Shown piece by piece: positions 15,451 through 25,900 of a DNA stretch of 64,000 nucleotides (within the stretch, counting starts at the first letter, position 1; the number at the start of each line of letters is the position of its first letter). This DNA is from Oikopleura dioica (lineage: Eukaryota > Animalia > Chordata): contig OU015567.1 of NCBI GenBank assembly GCA_907165135.1, positions 6,324,001 to 6,388,000 on the forward strand. The letters are read 5' to 3'. The notes under the pieces were generated by a model. That model did no database searches, was not told the origin of the DNA, and worked only from the letters and a program-made list of their open reading frames with translations. The position numbers and the translations under genes are program-made.

Positions 15451-16317
15451 ATGAACACAATCAAGAACCTCAAATCCCGAAAGCAGCCAAATTTCTTCGA
15501 GAGATTCCAAATCACCTCCCTCCTGATGCAGTCAGCAAACGGCACCCTCTACAACGGAATCGAAATTGACCTTCTTACCAGAGAGAGAGTCCGCGACGTC
15601 GTGGTCAAGTTCTTCCCAAAATCGTCCGTCCGAACCTACGCCGGTGTCAAAGGCATTCGCTGCCCTTCAGAAATCTACTTCCACCTCAAAGCCTTTTCCC
15701 TTGCCCGTCCCTTCATCGTCGAACCGCTCGACTGGATTGAACGAAAAGACGACTTCGCGATCGCCATGGAAAAGCCTCCAGGAACGATTGACCTATTCGA
15801 CTTCTGCAACAAGTACGGCGTCCAGAGCGAGAAAAACGCGAGAATCATTTGGACACAAATCGTCATCGCCTGCTACAACATGCATCTCGGCGGAGTGATG
15901 CATTCAGACATCAAGGACGAAAACGTGCTAATCAACCCGGACACCCTTCAAATCAAAATCATCGACTTCGGCTGCGCGAAAAAGGTCCAAGATCGCTACG
16001 AAAAACCATCCGGAACAGCCGCCTACTGGCCGCCAGAACTCAAGAGCCACGGAAGCTTCAAGCCTGGGCCAGTGACTGTTTGGTCGCTCGGGTCGATTTT
16101 GTACCTGCTTCTCGCTGGCGAATGGAAGTATTCGGAAGAGAATGGATTCATGCGCAACTTTTTGAAAGAACAGCGATTGAGCGAAGACGCACAGCAGCTG
16201 ATCAACCGCGTTCTTTGCATCCACGAGTACTCGAGAATATCGCTTCAGGATGTGATCCAGTCTGCTTGGGTTCAACATATCCCGCATTCGCCGAAGAAAA
16301 GAAACTCCTCTGTTTGA
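15451..16317 (+). CDS. PIM-family-like Ser/Thr kinase, intronless
   Basis: 288-aa ORF with VVKFF, HSDIKDENVLIN (PIM signature DIKDEN), IKIIDFGC, GTAAYWPPE, VWSLGSILY. Confidence 0.88.
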   Translation: MNTIKNLKSRKQPNFFERFQITSLLMQSANGTLYNGIEIDLLTRERVRDVVVKFFPKSSVRTYAGVKGIRCPSEIYFHLKAFSLARPFIVEPLDWIERKDDFAIAMEKPPGTIDLFDFCNKYGVQSEKNARIIWTQIVIACYNMHLGGVMHSDIKDENVLINPDTLQIKIIDFGCAKKVQDRYEKPSGTAAYWPPELKSHGSFKPGPVTVWSLGSILYLLLAGEWKYSEENGFMRNFLKEQRLSEDAQQLINRVLCIHEYSRISLQDVIQSAWVQHIPHSPKKRNSSV

Positions 16318-16436
16318 TTTCTCCTCTAAAATTCGATTTTTGTAAATTTTATTTATCTTTTTTTTCCTTCATTCTTGCTGTCTTTTTTTGCTTCAAAAAC
16401 AATAAAAATTTCTCTATCAATTTATTTCAACTATCC

Positions 16437-19004
16437 TCAATTTTTATTTGCAGCTTTGTTGGACTTTCAGATTTCGTGGCTTTCCTGAACTGTTGTGGCT
16501 TGACTTTGCTCTGGGATCGATTTAACGGCGGCTTCTTCCGGCGCCACTTTATTTTTTGCCGGAACGGCGCAGTACTTTTATTCGGTTTTTGTTGAGGCAT
16601 TGATTTATTTGAGCTAGACCGGTTGTTTGCGCGGTTGAAAGCGGTTCAAATTAAACATGACAAGATAAAAACCACAACGTGGCATAATGTGGCAAAGCAA
16701 AAGGCAGAATATCAGCGCTACGAGGCCAAGGGTCAGCCAGAAAATGTACCAACCAGTCTTTTTAGGGTCGAGAATCTAGATTTCATAAAAGATCTCGATT
16801 GCGATCGAATTAAGACCCTTTCCCATCGTCCAACAGAGCCAGTTTTGATGTCGACATGCTCTTCCGAAACTGAGTCATCCATTCCACTCCCTTCCGAAGA
16901 TCCCTCAGTACTTCCTTCCGTCTCATTTTTCTCGTCATAATCAGTAACGTTAACAAACGTAATATCTATGAATCGATTAATTTCAAGTTAAATTTGGTCT
17001 TTCACTTGCCGAAATAATCGCCAAAGAACGGCAAATCCGATGAAAAATCAACGTCCAAAGTCGCCACGGTCAGTTTCGAAGGTTTGTCGTTTTGGGCATC
17101 GATTAGAGCATCATCTTCTGATCTAAAAACATCAATTTGCATGATGTGCTGGGCGGAGCCAAGAGAACACAGATATTCTCCATCCAATGTTCGATCGACT
17201 AGTGCTGGCTGAAATCGTCCGTTTTCCCCGACTTGTTCTCCAGTGAACGAGGTAATTGTTGCTTCGTCCGAATCACCACCAACGAAGAAACACTGAAAGA
17301 CTTTTGATTGAGAGGATCGATGATTGAGAGAGTACTTGTTGTAATTCAAAAAGCGCTAATCCGAAGCGGAAAGGACAAAAAAAACAACATACCCTTGCTT
17401 CATGGGGCGAATTAGCTTCAAAGTCAAAAGTGTATCGCTCAAGAACTGCCACTGGCTCATCGCAAGATTCTTTCTCTTCTCCTTCTCAACTTTGGTTCTC
17501 AAGAATCTATCAGGTTATCGAAAATCAAGGGAGACAATGAATTGTGCCACCTTGCGCTGCTCTGCGCCGGCCGAAACGTGGCGACGCTGGGCGGTGCAGG
17601 GCGGCACAATTCAGTCCCCCCCCCCAAAATTAACGCCGAAGAATGAGAACCAATTTGACCTTGGCAGAGTTCATCCGAAACCCAGTCGTTGTAGCAGGAG
17701 CAGCGTAAATCTCCACTTCCAGCGACCTCGGGTGCAAAGTTCAAATCCAAATAGCGCAAGGAGGTCCCGCTTATATCTTAAAATATCTTTCTTTTTTCCG
17801 AAATCCTCAGTTTCCAGAAACCCACCTAGCTTTACGACTTCTGGACATTCCTTGAAAGCACCACTGGCGAGAAAAACCAGATATTTTGAGTCCTCAAAAC
17901 TCACTCTTCAATTCATATAAGAATAAATTCGCTGAAGAAGCTTACTCTTTCAAGTTTGGCAAATTAAGAAAACCGCCACAATCGACATAATTGATCTTGG
18001 AGTCTTCGAACTTGATGGCTTCAAGGCTGCTCATATCGCGAATAGCGCCCGTTCTCAGAGCTTGAAAAGGGTTTGCGCGGAAGACCAGTTCTTTCAGGTT
18101 TTGAAGACCGGAGAGGAAGGTTGAAGGCACTTCGGTAAAGTTGGTTCCATCCAAGATAAGGATTTCGGTACGGTCGTCGATTCCGCTTGCGTTTAGATAT
18201 CTTAATGAGTTTTTGGGATTATGGTTCTTCGCTGTTTCTATTGCCATATTTTACCTCAAGGTAGGATCATTACAGTTCGTGACTGTCAAATCGCACTCAC
18301 AGCCAACAGGACATTTGACCTTCTCTCCTTTTATCTGCCCAAAAAGAGCGAAGATTAACCAACCAATCTTCATATTCGCCCCTTTCTCTTTCTCTCTCTC
18401 TTTAGCGTTCTTCCTCTCTTTGAGTCTTCAGGTCCAATTCTCGCGATATTGCTCACAGTACTACTAGTAGTATTAGTACTTAGCTTCCTCGTCTCAAGAT
18501 TTTTGGCGATTTGCACTTTAGTCGTTGGAAAGACCCTCGCATCGCCCAAAACTGAACTTGGCGAGGAGGATTCGCACCAAATTCAAATGCATCCGTCAGA
18601 ATTTTTATTTCCTAAGCTGCCCATCAATCTTGGCTCCTGATCAATATTTTCAACATAAACCTAGACAACTTGTCTTTTCGTAAACAAAACTCATTTTTTT
18701 TTGTTTTTCATTTCTCTTAGTGGATATCTTTATTAATAACTAAATTAGTCTACAGAAAAAAGTAAAAAATTTCTACAGATTGAACTGGGTTTCAAAGTGC
18801 GGTTGTTTCTTTCTTCGTAAATGGCGATGTGTCGATAGCATGGTGACTAGTAAAACTAGAGCTGCCAGAGCAACAAAGGCAGAGTAGGAGGCAAATTGGG
18901 ACGGAGCCGAGATGGATAGATTGCTGAAGCTTCGATGCTAAAGGATTTGATTTAATATTGAGCGCATTTCTTGATGAAAATATGGTTCTCTTCCTTGATT
19001 TCAT
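16437..19004 (-). CDS. Type I membrane LRR-Ig protein (LRRNT-LRRs-LRRCT-Ig-acidic stalk-TM-basic tail); start uncertain
   Basis: CPVGCECDLTVTNC (LRRNT); LILDGTNFTEVPSTFLSGLQNLKELVFRANPF (LRR); DLRCSCYNDWV (LRRCT); LDGEYLC (Ig-like); WYIFWLTLGLVALIFCLLLC (TM, about 16690-16770); basic terminal exon ending at 16437. Confidence 0.72.
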
Positions 19005-20023
19005 TTAGTATTTACCTGACAGAAGCTCCCAGTAAACTCATCAAGGCATCTGCAAATCTGCAGTCCATCAACAATCTGCGCAAATCCTCCATTTAGGCAG
19101 TGAAGTTGTCTTGGCATGATTATTCTCAATTTAGCTTCGTAGAAGTGATGAAGGATACTCGGGAGCCAGCGGTTTTTATAGCGGGCGCGAGTCTACGATA
19201 GTAAAGCTACGTAATTTGCTACGTAAACGTAGCGTTAGAAAGCTTCATTATTCTCTGAATACTCCGGAAGAAAAAATTCATGACCCCATTGTTGGAATAA
19301 TTTTATAGATTTGACGTTGCGGTGGACGTAGCGGTACTTTACAGATGAATGAAACAAAGTTCTTGAATTATTGAAAAGCTTCTCGGTATTACTACTCAGC
19401 CGCATCCTTCTTGCTCATCGTCAAAATATGGAAACCGCAGTCGCCAAGGGCATCAAAGAAGATATTCATGTTCCAGGTCGCTTGAATTGAAGAATAGACG
19501 ATTATCTGTTATCCAAAAACAAAGAAGTGCTTTCTAGTCAGTGTCATGAACTATAGTCAAAGATCCTTCTCGAACAGCATTTTTTCAACAACAAAAAGGA
19601 CAATTATGAAGAGAATCTGCTCGATACAGCCTTTCTCATGGCCGGAAAATCATCGACTTTTTTCCCGATCGAAAAATGCTAGAACGATTTCCAAGTTCAT
19701 GGCTGAAAAATATCGGTCGTAATCTTCGGGCAAAAAGCAGAAGAAACTTCTCATGTTAAAATGAGTAAAATACCATACGTCAACGGAGATTCTCTCGGTT
19801 GACGTTTAGGATGATGTTTTGACATGAAGAGGCCAGAATCTCAAAATTTCCGGCAATAAACCTGACAAACAAGAGCATTTGCCGAACAAGAATCTTAGTC
19901 TTGCGAAATTTTGAACTTGAGAATGAAAAAAAATGACCATCAGCTTTGAAGCAACAAATTAAACAATGTAGAATTCGTTGATTCTTCACACTGAGTCAAA
20001 GTCGACCAAATTATTCAAAAAAG

Positions 20024-20719
20024 ATGGATTCGGGAGTTTTTTCCACAGAAACAGAAGCGTACTTGGAGAAAGTCCCGGAGACTACTTCAGAGAAAATCGG
20101 TCATTTTCTTCACTCAAGTACTTGCCACGTCTGAAACATTTTTCTTTGCCTTTCTGTTGATACTGTTATTTTTAAGTTGATTGTTATCGTCCTGGTTTTG
20201 GTGGACTGCGCATTTGTCCTGACGGAGCTGATTTTCGATGGGAAGCTGGATACGTATGATGAGTACTGCAACCCTACTCCTTCTTGTTCCGAACAGTCGC
20301 ACAAACTTCACCACTGGGAGCACGTGACTCACGCTATCCACATTTGCAGCATACTCGTCCTTTCCATTTTCATGGCCGAAGTCGTCCTCAAAATCGTCTT
20401 CACGCGCGCTCATTTCTTCAGCCACAAAATTGAAATGATCGACGGGGTCGTCGTTTTGCTCTCTTGGATACTCGATCTGATCATGCTCAACCCAAGTAAC
20501 AGAAAGAACCAAAAAATCAGCTTTAGAACAACTTTAGATCTTGTTGGAAAATGGGCGGAATTCATCATCGTTTTTCGATTCATACGGCTCATCAACGGAA
20601 TGATTCTTTCTGCGAAACAAGCAACGGACAAACGAGTTCATGAACAGAAACGAAAAGTACAGCAGCTGGAGAAAGAAGTTGAAGATCTGAAAAAACAGTT
20701 AAAAACCATTGAACAATAA
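20024..20719 (+). CDS. HVCN1: Voltage-gated proton channel Hv1/VSOP-like (voltage-sensor domain plus coiled coil)
   Basis: S1 IVLVLVDCAFVLTEL (selectivity Asp); S2 LSIFMAEVVLK; FFSHKIEMIDGVVVLLSWILD; S4 ending RLINGMILS; C-terminal coiled coil. Two short GT-AG introns. Confidence 0.88.
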
Positions 20720-20743
20720 AATGACATAAATTCTACACAATTT

Positions 20744-20909
20744 TTAAGGGGATGGGGTCTGGAACCGACAAAAAACTTTCGACAAATTTTGCGTGGGCGG
20801 CTATTCGGCTGGTGATTGGCCGGTTTGCGAAATCCAGGCTTCTGATTGGTTGAAAATTTCCACGCAAATTTTGTCGAAATTTTTTTGTCGGTTCCAGACA
20901 CCTCCCCTT
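20744..20909. mobile_element. MITE family B
   Basis: AAGGGGATGGGGTCTGGAACCGACAAAAAA / TTTTTTGTCGGTTCCAGACACCTCCCCTT inverted repeat; interior homologous to 55964-56196. Confidence 0.8.
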
Positions 20910-21045
20910 TTCAAGTTCAAAATTGGTTGTTGGCCAAGAATCTCAGATTAAAATAAACAAACAGTATCATCTTTGATTGACCATCAACCTGGTCAGAGTA
21001 GAATCTGCTGAATGTGGAACAAAGCTTGAGAAGCTTCAGAAAGTC

Positions 21046-22873
21046 ATGAGGATTTTTCCTTTTGTGTTTATTTTTCTTGCGACAGTGGTGATTTCCGGGA
21101 AGAAAGAGAAAGCCCTTCGTCGTCGGAGAAGAACTCCCCAGTTGATTTACGCCGGTGCCAAGTCGGTGCTGGAAGTCGTCGGCACAATTATTGGAATCGT
21201 TGTAGGCATTCAAGAGAACGCAGAGCCTTTCGATGACTGCCCAGATGATACGATAAAAGATGAGCTCGAATTGATCGAAATCACAATGCGCGGATTTCAC
21301 GAGCGAATTCAAGCCTACCAAACGAACTCACAAGAGTTTCATTGCAAACCGTTTGTGCGAACTGTGAATAAGATGAAGAAAATGATCGTCCATGTAAGTT
21401 CTGAAATGAATGAATCTGTGGCTGATCGAATTTCAGAAAACAAAAGGTCTCGAGCATTTTTGCGACTATCGTTGGTACTGGAAAAAGCAAGGGTTATTCA
21501 GATCGAATACATTTGAAAGGTACTAAGCCAAAAAATCATAACATCACATTACTGTAATGCACTGAATAAAGGATGGGCGCTGACGGGAATTCAGTATGCA
21601 CATATCTTTCCAAACCCGGCAGCGAATGTCAAAGGAAAAGCTCAAGAAGAATGTAGTTGGGATAATTTCGACTTTTTGAGCTTCGAAAAGATGGTTCAAG
21701 CAATACTGTAAAGTTGAAAGACCATGTCAACCAAGCTGCAAAAACTGCCGACAGAAACTCGAGTACGCTGACCGTCTGATCAGCTACGCAAGCACGCAGC
21801 TGCTGACTTGCCACATTCCCTTGGAAAACGTAGTGCAAAAAGCTTTGCCTACCAGAACTCTTTCTCTCTCGCTCTCGCCGACAACAAGGCCGACGAAAGG
21901 AGAGGAATTTCCTCCGACTCGACCAACGACTACTACAACTACAGTCTTTTCACCGAAGGATTCCTGGACGCGAACTCTTGGCACAGTCACTGTCTTTGCT
22001 GATTCATCGGATAGTATGACGAGAAGCGACGATAAAATTCGACAAGTTAACGACGTCATTGGACAATGGTCAGGGATTTCACTTCAACAGGGGATTGGGG
22101 AAGTCTTAGTCACGAAATTCAGCTCCCGTCTACATCTCTTCTCACGAGCGAAAATGAAGAGCAACGGGAAGCTGTCTTTCTACGATTTTACTTTGTCCTC
22201 TTTGCAAAGAACTGGATCTTGGGATGCTCCAGCGGTTGAAATAGAAAAATCGAGCCTGAAAGATGCGACTACAGATTGTTTAAACAGCAACTTGCATCCG
22301 AATGATCAGAAACTTGGATGGAATCAGCAAGAATACGACGCTTACACCCGAAAAAGTTTGTCAGATGAGGAAGGTAAAAGGAACGGCTTGATGAATTTGA
22401 AAATTTTGGGCTATTGCGATATTTCTAAGCCGAAACATAGCTATTTCTTCCACTGCCTTTGGGATCTATATCACTACTTTGAACACGCTGATTTCGACCG
22501 CTACGCGCGAGGAACAATCGTTGTCCTAACAGACGGAGAGAAATTCGATGACTTTCCAACCACGTGGTATAATCAAGACAGCAAACTTTGGGAGCGCCGC
22601 ATGAGACATTTCAACAATCACAGAAGATCGCGTAGCAGAAGATCGCTTTCCCCAATGAAAGGAGAACCAGTTTGCGAGCTCTTTGGAAAACTCAGTCGAT
22701 ATGTCAAAAAGATCATTTGGATTCTCGTCGTTGAGAAAGACCAGTTTGTCCAGAAAACGAAGTCCGAATTCATGATCAAGCGACTGATGAATTTTCACAT
22801 CAGCAGAGATTGCAGAAACTACGACACGATCGACATTGAATTTCAGATAAACGATTTCAATGATTTTAGCTAA
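21046..22873 (+). CDS. Secreted protein with C-terminal vWA (MIDAS) domain, multi-exon
   Basis: Signal peptide MRIFPFVFIFLATVVISG, then RRRRR, a Thr-rich linker, VFADSSDSM (DxSxS) and IVVLTDG. Confidence 0.7.
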
Positions 22874-22958
22874 AAATGCTCCAACCCTGACAAATAAAAT
22901 AAACACAAAAATGCATAAATGGCAGTTTAAATGTATTTTTCTCTTATAAAAGTTTGGT

Positions 22959-25900
22959 TCAGTAGAAAATCTCAAGCTGAACTCTTCCCAACAAAGCTGT
23001 CGATTTTCCCGACAAAGCAGCCAAAACGAAGACTTTGACAATTTCGCAGAGCAAAATCGTCGCCAGGGCAAAAATGCAGCTGATGATTTTCTTTTCCTGA
23101 TCCTCGTTGTTGGCACTTTCCAGCGCGAAAATCAGAAACATTGCGCCGCAAGTGACGAGGAAAAGAACAAAGTCAATGGCATGATTGACCACTGCAGGAA
23201 AAGACGTTTGGTGCTCTTTTATCAGATTTCGCGCCTTTGGTCTGAGCTTGTATTTTTTCGAGGTCTTTTTGGAGTACTTGTCGGCGACTTCAGCGGCTAA
23301 ATCGGCGAATCCGCTTCGCGATCGAGGGAAGGGAGCGCGTTTGAAGGGCGAATCATCCATGTAAGAGTCCGTTTCTTCAAAAGAAACAGGCTGAAAAAGG
23401 CTAAACCGAGCGAATCCGAAAAATAGAAAAGATATCAATTTTAAATAGCCCTTTCCTGATCTTCAAGCATCATGAGTTTGGCAGCGCCGCAGAGATTCTG
23501 CATCACTCGATTTTGCAAGTCATTGATTCGATCTTGGAAACTCATCAAGGAAGGCCCACTTGAAGTGTCAGTTCCCTGCGTTGCCTGCTCGATTAGACTC
23601 TTCAACTGATGAATTTCTGGTCGAGAAGTGACCGCAGAGGTCTCTGTCTGTATTGTGACAGTATTTCCAGTGACGAAATCGCGGCGGAGTTCTTCTTCGA
23701 CCTTTTTGAAGTTCAAAATCTGCTAGAAAAAGAAATGAAATTCGTAATTTGAACTTTTCCTTTGCAGCAGCTCGGGAGAACTTGCGAAGTTCAACACCGA
23801 CGGTGTCAAGCAATTTGAGAGTACGTTCAAATCTGATCTTCAACTCGCGGATAATTAGCTGATTCGAAGGGCAATTGCGGTAGCGCTCGAGGCAAGAGCC
23901 GAAAATTAGCTCGCGCACGATGTCAGCATGTGTACAGTCGTTGAGATCCAGGCGATTGAAGACTCTGAACCACCATTTTCCGACCAAGTCGCCTTTCGAA
24001 ACAGCTTCGTAGATTTCTTCCAACGAGTCGGCGATCAGCTCAAAAACGTTGAAAACCTCTGCGCTTTGGAGATCAATGGCGGTAAATCCTCCGAGTTCCT
24101 TTGGAACATACGATTTTTCGCCTTCAATAGACGGGTCTAGTCCAAGAAAGCTTTCGCGGATCTGGTCAAGCGACTGGAATAAGTTTCGCAAGTTCATGAT
24201 GTTGTCCAAAACATCGTCTTCTCCAGAACTGAGGAACAGTTTCGCCGCGTCTTTTCCAACTGTTCGAATCGCAGCGTAATCGACGGCCAAGTGGTCTTCA
24301 AAGTTTTGAGAAAGAGCCGCGCAAGCAGTCTTGAAAAACGCCAAAGTCGAGAAGATTTTTGGATTGATGTGGCTTGCCAGTCGCTCGCTATCCTCAGTGA
24401 GGGTGAAGATCGACTTTTTCTTTCGAGGGCTGAAAGCGGATGGCTTCAGCAAATCTTCACACAAGCTGTTGTTGCTCATCAAGGAGAAATTGGAAGTTGC
24501 TGGCTTGGGGAGGATGACTTTCTCGACTTCCTCCATCATATCGCGAACGGTAGTGACGCCGGAGAGAGTATTCACGCCGACGTTTTCGTATTCCTCGGAC
24601 TCGGAATCGTCATGAGTTCCTCCAAGAGGATTAATGCCAGCGGACACTTTTGGGGCTTTGCGCTTTGTGGGCTTTGATGCGATCTTTTGAAGGTTTTCAA
24701 GAGAAGCTCTGAAATTGCTGATGCTTCCGAAAACGTCGGTCAAGCTCTCAGCAGTGTCCACAATCCTCTTCGCGACTTTTTCGATGTCTTTATCAAGACC
24801 TCTGTGAAGAATGGTAATCGAGCTCTGAGCGAAAACACTGGCCGTATCTGCTTCGTAATTGAATGACTGGTGGAGACCTCTTCCTCCTTCAGATCGGAGA
24901 AGCTGCAGATCCGTCAGAATTTCGTTCCAAGGGCTTTTTTTCGATGTAAGATTGACAAAGTTTCGCAGGCAATTAGCTCCCTCTTCATTCTTACAAGCAG
25001 CGATGAACAAATTTTCGTTGAAATTCGTATCGTCCAAGAAAGCTATCAAGTCCTTGAACAACCCTCTGTTCGTTCCCCTCGACGCCATCGTTTTCAAAAT
25101 ATCGATGAAAATCAAGGAGTCCGATTCAATGAGCTCCAGGAAGAACTCGGCGTATTTTGGGTTGTTTGCGAAGGCTTCTGGATTTTCAGGAGCGCCAAAT
25201 CGCAACTCGAATTCTTTATTTACGGAAATGATGGCGCTCAGCATTCTCCTCGCATCTGGTTCGAGAGACGCTTTGATCAGCTGTTGGGAGACATCGCCGC
25301 GGGCAGACATTGCTTCAGTAAGAGCAAGGCCAAATTGAGGCCAGAGGATCGAGTCGTTCACGATCTCAAAAAAGGTTCTGATCAAATTTTCTCCATCTTC
25401 CTCGTCTCTTACAGACGAGAGCAGGATTACGTAGTCACTGTAGTTGCAGTTGACAAGGGCATCGCGGAACTTGTCTTTGTGACTTTCGGTAATGTACTTG
25501 ACAAACCACTTTGTGAATGTCGGATTCGCCAATAGCTCGTCGTACTTTTCATATCTCGGAATTTCGTGACCACCCACTAGCTCAGCCACGGCAAAGCCAA
25601 GAAGACGCGGCATGGGTTTCGCAAGCAAGTCGGTAATTTCTTCCTCGATGGCGATCATTTCCTCGTCGACGAGAGCATTGTCGATTTCGAGCTCATCAAC
25701 ATTGGCGCTGATGTCGATCATGATCTTTGGACCCTTGGACTGATCCTTCAGAAGAATCTGGTCGGACTGAAGATTTCGCGCGAACTGCTCAGTTGTAAAT
25801 TCGTATTCTTCGAATTTTTCGTCGCTCTTGTTCGGCGCCCAAATTGTTATTGGTGTTTTTCCTTGTTGATTTTTTTATGACTTATAATTTTAAAACCTTA

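Noticed and set aside
15566-16595. Alternative-frame and antisense ORFs over the kinase
   Set aside because: They overlap the clearly coding PIM frame and have no recognisable features.
16623-16940. 105-aa plus-strand ORF
   Set aside because: Antisense shadow of the stalk and TM exons of the LRR-Ig gene; no motif of its own.
19420-19760. Small gene upstream of HVCN1
   Set aside because: Several short open frames, but no consistent splicing or recognisable product.
22526-25535. Long opposite-strand ORFs (196, 159, 221, 128 aa)
   Set aside because: Shadows of the vWA and giant-gene coding frames.
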